From positions 217,759 to 281,758 of the forward strand of contig DBCO01000010.1 in the NCBI GenBank assembly GCA_002293145.1: DNA of 64,000 bases, in the 5' to 3' direction. The notes beneath the pieces are model-generated. The model made no database searches, had not been told where the DNA came from, and saw only the letters and a list, made by a program, of their open reading frames with translations. The translations under genes and the position numbers were made by a program. Origin of the DNA: Akkermansiaceae bacterium UBA956. Lineage in GTDB: Bacteria > Verrucomicrobiota > Verrucomicrobiia > Verrucomicrobiales > Akkermansiaceae. Shown one piece after another: positions 18,805-29,100 of this stretch. How positions within the stretch are numbered: the stretch's first letter is position 1; each line of letters begins with the position of its first letter.

Positions 18805-19074
18805 ATGAAACTGATCACCATCATCGCCGCTGTAGCCCTTCCATTCATTGCCGTTTCCTGCAAAGAAACCAAAGATGCAGCCCCTACTGCTGCCGAACCA
18901 GCCAAAGAAGCTGCTGCCACCACAACAGAGGCCGTTGAAACAGCCGCTGCCGAGACTACCCCTGCTGTTGAGGCCGGTACTGATACAGACGCTGCTGCTG
19001 CAGAAGCGAAGGCTAAAGAAGCTGCCGCTGCCGGCGCAGTGCAAGAAGCAGTAACTCCACCAGTAGGTCAATAA
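18805..19074 (+). CDS. small Ala/Thr/Glu-rich lipoprotein
   Basis: Signal peptide with lipobox (MKLITIIAAVALPFIAVS|C), then low-complexity AAPTAAEPAKEAAATTTEAVETAAAE. A strong terminator follows. Confidence 0.6.
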   Translation: MKLITIIAAVALPFIAVSCKETKDAAPTAAEPAKEAAATTTEAVETAAAETTPAVEAGTDTDAAAAEAKAKEAAAAGAVQEAVTPPVGQ

Positions 19075-19135
19075 GTCTGCCGCTTGCGTAGCATCTCATG
19101 CCCTTGGTGCGACGATCGCTATACACTCTCTTTTC

Positions 19136-19175
19136 AGCCGCATTCATTAATTCATGAATGCGGCTTTCTCTTTCC
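19136..19175 (+). terminator. intrinsic terminator after the lipoprotein gene
   Basis: Perfect 12-bp stem AGCCGCATTCAT / ATGAATGCGGCT (19136-19147 / 19154-19165) with a 6-nt loop, then TTCTCTTTCC. Confidence 0.7.
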
Positions 19176-19205
19176 ACCTTGTTTTCAGCCTGTTCACCAT
19201 TTCTC

Positions 19206-19979
19206 ATGAATTCTTTCGCCAAAGCCCAGGCTCTCCGTGCGTCCAAAGGTCATCGCCGCATCAGCGCCTTAACGGCCTATGATTATCCGAGTGCACGCCT
19301 GCTCGATGAGGCAGGCATTGACCTGCTTCTCGTCGGCGACTCCTTGGGCATGGTCGTTCTCGGATTTCCCGATACCACCCATGTTACACTTGAGCATATG
19401 TTGCACCACACTGCCGCCGTTGCCCGCGCGCAACCCCGCGCCCTTGTGCTTGGTGATATGCCAATCCACACCTACAATACCCCTGCGCAAGCTATCGCCT
19501 CCGCGCAGGCTCTCATCAAGGCTGGGGCAGATGCCGTCAAGCTTGAGGGAGGCTCCGAGCATGCCGCCACCATCCGCGCGATCACCACCGCAGGCATACC
19601 TGTGATCGGCCACATTGGCATGCTCCCGCAGCATGTCATTGAAGAAGGCGGCTATCACAAAAAAGGCAAAACACCAGCTGCGCTCCAGCAATTGCTCATT
19701 GATGCCGAAGCACTCACCGAGGCCGGTGTCTGCGCGATCGTAATGGAATCGATCATCCCGAGTAGTGCCACGGCAATCACAAAATCCGTGCCAGTTCCGA
19801 CCATCGGCATCGGCTGTGGCGAAACAACTTGTGACGGTGAAGTTGCCGTCATCACGGACCTCCTCGGCTCCTACCCATGGTTCGTGCCGCCATTCGCTAA
19901 GCCAGAAGCACAGCTAGCCCCGCAAATCATTGCTGCAGCTCGCGCCTATCATCATCGCGTCATTACCACGAAAATGTAA
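19206..19979 (+). CDS. panB: 3-methyl-2-oxobutanoate hydroxymethyltransferase
   Basis: ALTAYDYPSARLLDEAGIDLLLVGDSLGMVVLG, ADAVKLEGG, GHIGMLPQ. The ATG at 19206 lies after the upstream terminator. The track start at 19158 lies inside the terminator hairpin. Confidence 0.93.
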   Translation: MNSFAKAQALRASKGHRRISALTAYDYPSARLLDEAGIDLLLVGDSLGMVVLGFPDTTHVTLEHMLHHTAAVARAQPRALVLGDMPIHTYNTPAQAIASAQALIKAGADAVKLEGGSEHAATIRAITTAGIPVIGHIGMLPQHVIEEGGYHKKGKTPAALQQLLIDAEALTEAGVCAIVMESIIPSSATAITKSVPVPTIGIGCGETTCDGEVAVITDLLGSYPWFVPPFAKPEAQLAPQIIAAARAYHHRVITTKM

Positions 19980-20000
19980 CAGCTGCGAACGCCAGTCCGC

Positions 20001-20846
20001 TCATTTTCTCGTAGCGAATGCCTCACCATGGAGCCATTTTTTCACCATCACCTCACTCGCTGTTAGATTGCCCAACACACGGTAGTTCGATCGCTCTAAC
20101 ACATGCGCTTCGGCGGTGGCTTCCTCTACGACACACCATGGACGCGAACCCGAAGAATGGATGAAGGTGTAGGATTGATCCTTCACCACTAAAAATCCCA
20201 CGTGTGTATCGAGGCCGACGATGTAGATACCTGTCTCACTGCGCTCCGTCTCAATCCGAAAAGTCTTGTAAGGCACACCCACTCGCAAACGCAATGCATC
20301 CTGCGGCAAAAAACTAAGTAGGATGTTTTGCGAAGCTTGTTGCGCAAGCTGCGCACGCTTGACGCGGAATCCCGCCGCCTCCATCACCGTTGTTACAAAG
20401 TATCCGCAAGCGATTTTCCCCTCGCCCGGCGTTTTTGCCGTGCCATTAAAATCCCAAGGAGTGCCTAGCCAGCAACGCATCAACTCCGGTAGCGAGTGCT
20501 CTAACAAACTCCGTGCCTCGACCAACACCCGCGCTTTATCTGCCTCAGATGTCGCAGCTCGATGCTCGCGTGCGTAGTGCAAACGCCAACGCTCCATGTC
20601 CTTGCGCAAAAGATCCCAACGCTCGATGTCTGGCACCACTGCCGATTGATCAGACGATTGCAGACCGTAGCGGTGCAAAAATAAAGCCCACTCACCACGC
20701 TGCGAGTATCCATAAATACCCAAGCCTATCAAAAATAGCGCAAGCACACTCCAAAGACCCCGACGCCAAGTCAAAAATATCATCCAAGTGCGCTCTGGCA
20801 CTTTACTTATCGGTTTCTGCTTCGCCGCCTGTGGGGTTTTTGCCAA
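20001..20846 (-). CDS. hypothetical membrane-anchored protein, possibly a papain-like (Cys/His) amidase or peptidase fold
   Basis: N-terminal TM helix LWSVLALFLIGLGIYGY. It has a Cys in a KIACGYFVTTVMEAAGF context and later a HVGFLVVKD...FIHSSG context, reminiscent of NlpC/P60- or DUF1460-type proteins. Only weakly supported. Confidence 0.4.
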   Translation of the reverse strand: MAKTPQAAKQKPISKVPERTWMIFLTWRRGLWSVLALFLIGLGIYGYSQRGEWALFLHRYGLQSSDQSAVVPDIERWDLLRKDMERWRLHYAREHRAATSEADKARVLVEARSLLEHSLPELMRCWLGTPWDFNGTAKTPGEGKIACGYFVTTVMEAAGFRVKRAQLAQQASQNILLSFLPQDALRLRVGVPYKTFRIETERSETGIYIVGLDTHVGFLVVKDQSYTFIHSSGSRPWCVVEEATAEAHVLERSNYRVLGNLTASEVMVKKWLHGEAFATRK

Positions 20847-20864
20847 AATAGTATACTTCTGCTA

Positions 20865-21209
20865 TCACAAGAGTTGATACTCGCCGTCTTCATCGATACC
20901 AATCCAACCAATGTGGTCAAACGCACGATAAATCGCTGGCAACACATCTTCAGAGTCATCTTCGCAATGCTCAATCGTTGCTGAGCTCGTGAGCCCGTGA
21001 GTTACCTCAATGCTGATCACCGTCTCACATCCATCCAGTCTAATCCAATCGCCCCAATTTTTATGATCATGCTTTATTTCAAGCTTCTGCGCGCGAAGTG
21101 CTGCGAGCACACTTCGCAATGTATTAGGGTTGGAAGAGTCAGATACAGAAACAGTAATATCCATCGCCGCCACTGTAAAAGAAAACCCACTCATCCGCCA
21201 AGCATACAA
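20865..21209 (-). CDS. hypothetical small acidic protein
   Basis: 114-aa ORF (possibly starting at the internal MDITV). It lies between the MATE gene and the 281-aa gene on the same strand. No family recognised. Confidence 0.4.
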   Translation of the reverse strand: MYAWRMSGFSFTVAAMDITVSVSDSSNPNTLRSVLAALRAQKLEIKHDHKNWGDWIRLDGCETVISIEVTHGLTSSATIEHCEDDSEDVLPAIYRAFDHIGWIGIDEDGEYQLL

Positions 21210-21221
21210 TCAAAAAAAATA

Positions 21222-22577
21222 CTAAAGGCCTGCATCCACTGCGATAGCCAGTTCTTGCTTGCGCAAGCGATGCAGCAAACGTGGTGCTAAGGTCACACAC
21301 GCAATGAATAAGCCCGTCGCTAGCCCCCACCAGACACCTCGTGCTGCCATCGGACCATGCCAACTCAGCCACGCTGCTACCGGCAAGCCGACTAGCCAAT
21401 AAGCCACAAAACCCATCAAGGCGGGCACTCTTGTGTCGTGCAGTCCTCGCAACATCGATGATGATGCCACTTGCAGGCTATCAAACATCTGAAATACGCC
21501 CACGATGCTTAAGAGCCCGGCGGTCGCCTGGATCACGGCGAGATCCGTTGTAAACTGCCGCGCCCAAAACACCCCGCCCACCAAAAAGAACAAGGCATTC
21601 AGCGCCCCAAACCCACCCGCTAATAGCCAGCCAGAATACACCACTCCGCGCAATCGAGCTGTTTCCCCTGATCCCGTCACGGCACCGGTCCGCACTGTTA
21701 GCGCCATCGATAAACCTAACGGAACCATGAATGCGGTGCCAGCACAAGTCATTGCGATTTGATGTGCTGCCATTGATACCTCACCAAACCTCCCCATCAT
21801 TAAGCCTGCCGCCGAGAATGCAGCCACCTCACACAACATCTGAAAACTCGCTGGCACACCGATGCGTGCATGCGCCAACAGCTCCCCACGCGTAGGTTTG
21901 CGGAACCAGGTAAAAGGAACCCAGTCTTGCAACTCGCGATCTTTTTCTAACCAAAATAAAATCGCCAAAAACATCAAAATACGCGACACCAAAGTCGCCC
22001 AAGCCGCACCCATCATTCCCATTTCTGGCGCCCCCCATTTGCCATAAATCAGCACCCAATTCAGCCACACATTGAACGCTACTCCGGCCAAGAAAATCCA
22101 AAAGGGCGGCCATGGGCGATCGAGCGCATCAGCATGATTTTTCAGCGCAATCGATGCCAAGCCTGGCACAATCGAACACATCAAGACCAGCAAATAGGGA
22201 CGCGACAAAGCCACCACCGCTGCAGGCTGGCCGAGTCGATCAAGGAAAGGCAATGAAACGAGACCGATTAGCAAAAAACATGCGGCTGTGCCTAACGAAA
22301 TGTATAAGCCATTGCGACAACTCCCGCGTGCTTGTTGGGCATCACCCGCGCCCCGTGCATTTGATGTCAGAACCGAGACACAGGTCAGCACGCCAATGCC
22401 AAACACAAACGGAATCCAAAAAATTGAATTCACAAAAGTCAGTGATGCCAACTCCGTTACACCCAATTTTCCGACCATCACCGAGTCAGCTACACCCAGC
22501 AGCATTTGACTGACCTGCCCGATGATCAAGGGCAGCGCGAGGCGCAAAGTCAGTTTGGATTCATGCAGTAGGGACAT
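21222..22577 (-). CDS. MATE-family multidrug/toxin efflux transporter
   Basis: 451 aa with ~12 TM segments. N-terminus LALPLIIGQVSQMLLGVADSVMVGKLG and the internal repeat (...PASFQMLCEVAAFSAAGLMMG...) are typical of NorM/MATE pumps. Confidence 0.88.
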   Translation of the reverse strand: MSLLHESKLTLRLALPLIIGQVSQMLLGVADSVMVGKLGVTELASLTFVNSIFWIPFVFGIGVLTCVSVLTSNARGAGDAQQARGSCRNGLYISLGTAACFLLIGLVSLPFLDRLGQPAAVVALSRPYLLVLMCSIVPGLASIALKNHADALDRPWPPFWIFLAGVAFNVWLNWVLIYGKWGAPEMGMMGAAWATLVSRILMFLAILFWLEKDRELQDWVPFTWFRKPTRGELLAHARIGVPASFQMLCEVAAFSAAGLMMGRFGEVSMAAHQIAMTCAGTAFMVPLGLSMALTVRTGAVTGSGETARLRGVVYSGWLLAGGFGALNALFFLVGGVFWARQFTTDLAVIQATAGLLSIVGVFQMFDSLQVASSSMLRGLHDTRVPALMGFVAYWLVGLPVAAWLSWHGPMAARGVWWGLATGLFIACVTLAPRLLHRLRKQELAIAVDAGL

Positions 22578-22724
22578 AAAATGGTCCGCAGCCTAGCCGT
22601 GGCAGCGCTGCTTTGTCAAACATTCCCTTCTTACTGAATCGCCCCATTTTCCTCGACACACTCCCTGCACCAGAAGCTACCATGTCATCATTCTTTCTTT
22701 CCGAATGAAAAATCACCACCATTC

Positions 22725-25310
22725 TTGCGTATGAAAACCATCGCTATGAACCCAAAGAAATCCATCGCTCTGTGCCTCGTCAGTTGCGCCACCATGCAAG
22801 CCGTGCCACCCGCCCTTGATTTCACCCCACAAAAACAAGTGCCCTACCTTTCGCCCGAGGAATTTCTCAAAACTGTAGAACTTCCTGAGGGCTATTCGCT
22901 TGAACTCGTTCTCAGCGAACCGCAAATCAAAGAGCCCGTCGCCATCGCCTTTGATCCGAATGGCGCGATGTATGTGGCCGAAATGCGTACCTACATGCAA
23001 GACATCGATGGCACCGATGAAATCACGCCGCGTAGTGTCGTCAGTAAGCATGTTAGCAGCAAAGGCGATGGCAATTTCGACATGCATACGGTCTATCTCG
23101 ACAATGTTTTGTTGCCGCGCATGATTCAACCGCTCGATGATCGAATTTTGTTAGGCATCACCAATACGCTCGATCTCACCATTCATCGCGATGCCAATAA
23201 CGACGGCAAAGCTGATGAAAGCAAACTTTGGTTCAAAGGTGGCCCCCGCGGTGGCAACATGGAGCATCAACCTAGCGGACTTGTTTGGGGCTTGGACAAC
23301 TGGATTTACACCACCTACAATTCCTTCCGCCTACGCTGGAATGGAGAAAATGGCACGCCTCTGCAAGAGCCCACGCCGGGCAATGGCGGCCAATGGGGAC
23401 TCGCCCAAGACGACTACGGTAAAATGTGGTGGAGCAATGCTGGTGGCGAAAAAGGCCTGTGGAATTTCCAGACGCCGATCATCTACGGCGCGATCAATGT
23501 GCCCTCGGGAAAAGAAAAGGACTTTGATGTGACTTCGCCGCTCGTAGGTGCGCGCGACTTCCAAGGCGGCCCGCCGAAGTCCCGTCCTGATGGCACGCTC
23601 AATCACTTCACTGGTTGCGCTGGACAAACCGTGTTCCGTGGCGATCGCTTGCCCGCAGAACTTATTGGCAATGTGTTTCTCCCCGAGCCCGTCGGTCGCT
23701 TGATCCGCCGCTCGGTTGTAAGTGATGTGGATGGCATCACCCAGCTCAGCAATCCACATCCGCAATCGGAATTCATCCGCTCGTCCGATCTCTGTTTTCG
23801 CCCACTCAACATGACTACTGGCCCCGATGGCTGCCTCTACATCGTCGATATGTATCGCGGCATCATCCAAGAAGGCAACTGGGTGCGCGAGGGCTCCTAC
23901 CTGCGCAAAGTGGTCGAGCAATACGGATTTCAAAACAACGTCGGTCGCGGTCGTGTCTGGCGTATAGTGCATAAGGATTTCAAGCCCGGTCCCCAGCCCA
24001 AAATGTTAGAAGAAACACCAGCGCAACTGGTCAAGTATCTTGAGCATCCGAACGGCTGGTGGCGTGATACCGCACAGCGATTGTTGATCATCAAAAATGA
24101 CAAAAGTGTCGCGCACGAACTTGTCAGCATGTTCCAATCGAACAAAAATCAACTCGCTCGCATTCATGCTCTGTGGACACTTGAAGGCATGGGCGCTCTT
24201 AGTGCCGATCTCGCTCGCCAAGGCATGAAAGATGCTGATCCACAAATCCGCGTGCAGTCGATTCGCGCCGCCGAGACATTGCTCAAGGCCGGCGATCAAT
24301 CTTTCATCGCCGACATACAAGCCGCCTCTGCTGATGAAAACGTCCACGTCAAACTGCAAAGCGTGCTCACCAGCAAGCTACATAAATTTCCGAATTGGAA
24401 AGAAAATGCCACGCAGATAATCATGCATTCTACCTCGAACGGTCTCAAAGAAATCGGCTCCGCGCTGCTTGCCACTGGCCCTACCATTTCCCAAAATTTC
24501 ACGCCCCAGCAACGCAAGCAATTGGGCGACGGCATGAAATACTACCAAGAGGTCTGCTTCGCTTGCCACGGTCCCGATGGTCAAGGCACTCCCATTCCAG
24601 GCAGCAAAGGGCGTACCCTGGCCCCACCGCTGGCAGGCTCGAAAACCGTGCGCCAAGGTGATGCCATGCTGCGCGTATTGATCAATGGTCTCGAAGGTCC
24701 GATCGAAGGGAAAACCTATGAGTCGCAAATGATTCCACAAAACACCAACAGCGACCAATGGCTCGCCGACATCACCAGCTACGTGCGCAATGCCTTTGGC
24801 AACAGCGGCGAAATCATCGATGCCAAGCAAGTGAAAGCCCTGCGTAAGGAAATCGGCAGTCGCACCAAACCATGGACCATCGAAGAACTCCGCGCGATGT
24901 CGCCGCAGCCTATCGCTGAGAACAAATCCTGGAAATTTACCAGCAGCCATAATCCCGAAAAACTGGCGCTCATGATCGATAACAATCCCGCCACGCGTTG
25001 GGACACCAAGATCCAACAAGCACCCGGCATGTGGTTGCAAATCGATCTCCCAGCTCCAACCGCTTTAGTCGGGATCGAACTCGAATGCGCAGCATCTGCG
25101 AACGACTCCCCAACTCACTTTGAAGCGCAATCCAGCAGCGATGGCAAAACTTGGAAATCCATTGCCAAAGGCCAAGGCACGCCCGGCTTTACCAGCATCA
25201 ATTTTCCTCCCGTCACCAGCCAACATTTGCGCATCCTCCAAAAAGGCACCAAGCCTGGTAAATACTGGAGCATTCACGAACTCAACTTACTCGCTCCTGC
25301 GAAGAAATAA
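22725..25310 (+). CDS. PVC-type membrane-bound dehydrogenase-like protein with HEAT repeats, c-type heme site and C-terminal discoidin (F5/8 type C) domain
   Basis: Signal peptide. Beta-propeller-like N-terminal half (EPVAIAFDPNGAMYVAEM, GPDGCLYIVDMYRGIIQ). HEAT-like segment (HPNGWWRDTAQRLL...ARIHALWTLEGMG...DPQIRVQSIRAAE). CFACHGPDGQG heme-binding motif. The C-terminus NPATRWDT...GMWLQIDL...YWSIHELNL is discoidin-like. Confidence 0.8.
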   Translation: MRMKTIAMNPKKSIALCLVSCATMQAVPPALDFTPQKQVPYLSPEEFLKTVELPEGYSLELVLSEPQIKEPVAIAFDPNGAMYVAEMRTYMQDIDGTDEITPRSVVSKHVSSKGDGNFDMHTVYLDNVLLPRMIQPLDDRILLGITNTLDLTIHRDANNDGKADESKLWFKGGPRGGNMEHQPSGLVWGLDNWIYTTYNSFRLRWNGENGTPLQEPTPGNGGQWGLAQDDYGKMWWSNAGGEKGLWNFQTPIIYGAINVPSGKEKDFDVTSPLVGARDFQGGPPKSRPDGTLNHFTGCAGQTVFRGDRLPAELIGNVFLPEPVGRLIRRSVVSDVDGITQLSNPHPQSEFIRSSDLCFRPLNMTTGPDGCLYIVDMYRGIIQEGNWVREGSYLRKVVEQYGFQNNVGRGRVWRIVHKDFKPGPQPKMLEETPAQLVKYLEHPNGWWRDTAQRLLIIKNDKSVAHELVSMFQSNKNQLARIHALWTLEGMGALSADLARQGMKDADPQIRVQSIRAAETLLKAGDQSFIADIQAASADENVHVKLQSVLTSKLHKFPNWKENATQIIMHSTSNGLKEIGSALLATGPTISQNFTPQQRKQLGDGMKYYQEVCFACHGPDGQGTPIPGSKGRTLAPPLAGSKTVRQGDAMLRVLINGLEGPIEGKTYESQMIPQNTNSDQWLADITSYVRNAFGNSGEIIDAKQVKALRKEIGSRTKPWTIEELRAMSPQPIAENKSWKFTSSHNPEKLALMIDNNPATRWDTKIQQAPGMWLQIDLPAPTALVGIELECAASANDSPTHFEAQSSSDGKTWKSIAKGQGTPGFTSINFPPVTSQHLRILQKGTKPGKYWSIHELNLLAPAKK

Positions 25311-25482
25311 GTCATGCAAAAAAAGTGCGCGGATTAACCCTAAACACAAGTTTTTACTTGCGGGCAAATCTTCTTAGATTTCTAGATTCTAATGACCCAA
25401 TTGCTACACATGATAACGAACGGTGATTCGATTGCACAAGCTCACGAAGAGCGGACTGAAGTCCGCGCTCCGTCAAAGCTTA

Positions 25483-26139
25483 TTACGGGGTAGGTTCGGG
25501 CTCGACGAATTCATCGACGGCGCGGAAGTCCACGGCTTTGCTCTGCGGGTTGACGAAGAAGAAAACATACGAGCGAATTTGTTTTTCGACGGGCCAGCGG
25601 CTGCTGCTCAGTGGGCGATCGCCGCCAGCTTCGCGGACACCGAAGCCGACTTCATAGTAACCTTCCGCTTTCGCGCCGGCAGGTCGTAGGGCTTTGCCTT
25701 GGCCGGGTGGCAAAATGAAGGTGGCTTTGCCGACGAAGCCGAGCACAGTTTTATCGCTGTGATTGTAAAAATACACATCGCCTGGGCGGAAGGAGGCATC
25801 TTTTGCGGGGATGACGGTGTGGATGTAGCCGCCTTTCGGGTTGGGCAACAGTAGGATCACAAAGTCGTTGCCATTTTCGGGCAGGATGATTTTGCAGAGT
25901 TCGAGATTTTTCTCAACGGTGTTTAAGGTGAGGGCGCGGGCCGCGACCTTGACCGGCGCGGAGAGGTTATTCGTGGGTAGGGCAAAGGGCGCGCTTTTGG
26001 TTTCTGCAGTGATGAGATTGACTTGACCGATGACGGCGGGTGCGCGCTCGGCTACGAATCGCAGCGAGATGTTTCCTTTTTCCTGGGCAGTGGCGGCGAT
26101 GGTGCCAAGGCAGAACAAGGTAAGTAGATAACGGAGCAT
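25483..26139 (-). CDS. secreted hypothetical protein, partner of giant pseudopilin-like protein (cassette A)
   Basis: 218 aa with Sec signal MLRYLLTLFCLGTIAATAQE. It starts 20 nt after the stop of the 1177-aa gene. It is a distant homologue of ORF 62912-63589, sharing blocks such as ISLRFV/VSFRVT, DFVILLLP/DLLLIFFP and SYVFFFVNP/KFLFAFVSP. Confidence 0.65.
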   Translation of the reverse strand: MLRYLLTLFCLGTIAATAQEKGNISLRFVAERAPAVIGQVNLITAETKSAPFALPTNNLSAPVKVAARALTLNTVEKNLELCKIILPENGNDFVILLLPNPKGGYIHTVIPAKDASFRPGDVYFYNHSDKTVLGFVGKATFILPPGQGKALRPAGAKAEGYYEVGFGVREAGGDRPLSSSRWPVEKQIRSYVFFFVNPQSKAVDFRAVDEFVEPEPTP

Positions 26140-26159
26140 GAGATGGAGTCGATTTTTAG

Positions 26160-29100
26160 TTAGATTTCATCTGCTTGCAACCAGCGCAATGAGACCAGTT
26201 GGCAGCTGCGACCGAAGGCCTTGTTGGTGTTTGTCAACGGGGCCAGCGTGCTGGCGTTGGTGATGACAACATCGGCGGCATTTGTCGAATCAATATAATT
26301 GGCACTGCGCTCGACGACGGCTTCGCACCAGGCGCGGGCGAGGACTTTTCCTGCGGCATCGACGGATTCACCATAGGCACGGATGATGAAGCTATCAGAG
26401 CGAGTGGTAAGGATGGGTGCGATGGGCGTGAGAATATCGGCCTGCTTGACGATGCCGGGAATGCCGTAGGAGATGGGGGCTTCCTCTGCCTCGGGGAAGG
26501 GGAAAACATTGGAGGCAGCCGATTTGCGGTTGTTGTATGCGCCATTGACTCCGAGTTGGGAGTCATCGAGGGCACTTTGGATGGCACCGCTACGAGCGAG
26601 CTTTTTGTCGCTGCCAGGGCGACGGTTGACGAAGTCGGCTAAGCTGAGAAATGGTCCGCGCTTGCGTACTTCGCGCACGATGCCTTGAGCGAGTCGGCCG
26701 ATTTCATCATCACTGAGGCGGCGTTGGCCGATCCATTGAATCGGGCTGCGTGAGTTAACGCCGGCGCCAGTTTCGGTCGCTGCATTGACGGGAGCGATCA
26801 GTCCTAGCACGGCTGTGGTGCCAGACTCGACGGCTGTGACGGACTCGCGGCCATTGGCATCGCGGGTCACGATAGTGCGTTCGCGCAGGGCAGCGAGCTG
26901 GGCTTTCCAGGCCTCGACGGAGGTGGAGTTGACATTGAACATGCCATCGACACGCATGTAGGCGGCGATGCTGTTGATGCCGATGGTGGTAGGCGAGGGT
27001 CTTGCATTGCTGCCGGAGATGAAGCGCCCGGCAAGAGTGGTGGGATCGGCGATGTTAGGCGCGGGCATGTAGCGGACACAGGGCAGTGATGACGTTTGTT
27101 TGAGGAATTCTTCACACATGGTTTTCATGCCTTTTTTCTCGCTGCTGCTGAAGTTATTGTTGGTGCTGTAATTGGCGAGTCCGGAGAGGAACCAGGTGTC
27201 CCAGAGTTCGCGATTGGCGAGGTAGGAGTGGTCGGCAATGGGGCGGCCCTCTGAGAGAGAGCCACTAATGGCTGCGGGTGCGAGGATCGGTGGGGCAAGC
27301 GAATTGCCAATGGCATGGCTGATCTGCGGCAGCAAGCAATCACGCGCATTGATGGTGGCGTAGCTGGGGGTGGGGCTGAGTTGGATGAAGCCATTGGCCA
27401 TGGAATGCTGGAATGCGGCGAGGGAGACAATGGGCTCGCGGGGGATGGAGTGGGTGCAGACAAAGTTGGAGCCGTCTGCCGCGGTCATGCCGCCACCGAA
27501 GTAACCTTGCCCGTTGGTGCTGGCCTCGATGCTACGATTTTTCCAACTGGACAGTGGCTCGACTTGGATCTCAAAGGGTAAGGTTTGACGCTCGCGCGCG
27601 GAAAGATCATAGAAGTCGTTTTGGAATGATTTCGGGTTGAAGCGGCTGAGGGCGCTGCTGCCCAATGTGCTGCTATTTTCGGTTTTAGCATTGAAGGCAA
27701 AAATCATGATGGGAGACTTGCTGCCGATGAGTTGGGAGCCACTGAGGGTGCGTCCGGAGATCACGGGAAAAACAGTGGGGAAGTTATTGGCATACAGGCG
27801 GTTGCCTTTTTTCTCGTCGCCTGCAGGGGCTTCCGTATCAGCACGGGTTCGCCCTATGACTAAGCGCTTGCGTCCGAAATCATAGTCGATCCCCATGTTT
27901 CCATAGCCTAAGCTGCCACCACTGCTGGTTCGGTCAAAGCCGCTGTAGATCTCGTGGTGAGTCATCGAGAAATGGCGGGTGTGTTCATCTACGCCCGTGA
28001 GTGAATTACCCGTGCCGTTGCGTTTGCCCGCTGTTAGGTTGTTGGGGCGGCACTCGAAGGTAATTGTCGATTGTGGTGTTACGACAAGGGTGGAGCCAGC
28101 AGCTCCGTCGGCAGTCCTTAGTGGAGTGCGGATGCCACCGCCGAAGTTGAAACCGACTTTTGCGTCGATGTCACGTGCGGTTCTCGCGACTGTGCCGTTG
28201 GTTTGCGAAAACTTGAGAACCTCACCCGGTTTCATGACAATTTGGGAGCCAGTATTGCCGATGCGCAGCGTGAAGTAGTTGCGGTCGCCACCACTTTCTA
28301 CAGATGCCACCATGGGATAGCGGACGTTATTGACCCAAAAGTCATAAGGGACTTGCCAGTATTTCACCGACATAAACGAGCTATTGGGAATGACCAGTGG
28401 CACATCGTAGGGATTCCACAAGGTGACTACGGGGTCGCAAACGAGGTGCAGGACGGTGGACTGGGCACCATTGACGGTGGCGGGGAATGCCTGAAGTGAG
28501 AAGATCATCTGGAAGCTGATGATGCTGGGTTGTTTGTAGTAGAACCATTGGTCTGAGCCCTCACTGGGACCAGGAGTGCGGAGGTGGGCTGTGCCGCTGG
28601 ACAATGAGCCCCCTGAGGTGAAGGTAGCGGAGCCACTGCGTGTGAGTTTTTCGCTCAGGGCATAGTAGGAGCCCAATTCACCAAGGTTGATGCCGTAGCT
28701 CTCGGTGCCTGTGCCTTTTCCGGCGACGGCGGTGCCACTGCTATTGATGGAATAAAGCGGGGAGGTGACAAAGTTCGCGGGGGTGGTGGCGGAGGCGTTG
28801 ACGAGCTGGAGTTGTTGCGAAAGGTCTTTGCGAAAACCGCCGGCGCGAACGTTGGTGAGGAGTCCGCTGGAGGAGGGGGTTATGTCGTGGAAGAGTTGGC
28901 GTGATTGATCAGAGTTTTTGCTGATGAGGTCGCTCTGGTTCCAGGAAATGAGCTTGGATATGGACTCGTCTCCATTTCGTAATGCTTCAAATGGCGTGGC
29001 TCCGCCCTCGATGGCTGCCAATTGCACAGCGGAGCGGGGAGCGGCTTGGGACTTTTGCCGCGTGGCACCGAGGGTGCTGCTTTCGGTGAATTTTGGGCTC

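Noticed and set aside
23331-25040. 213-aa and 220-aa ORFs on the minus strand
   Set aside because: Both are antisense to the 861-aa dehydrogenase/cytochrome/discoidin gene. These are shadow ORFs.
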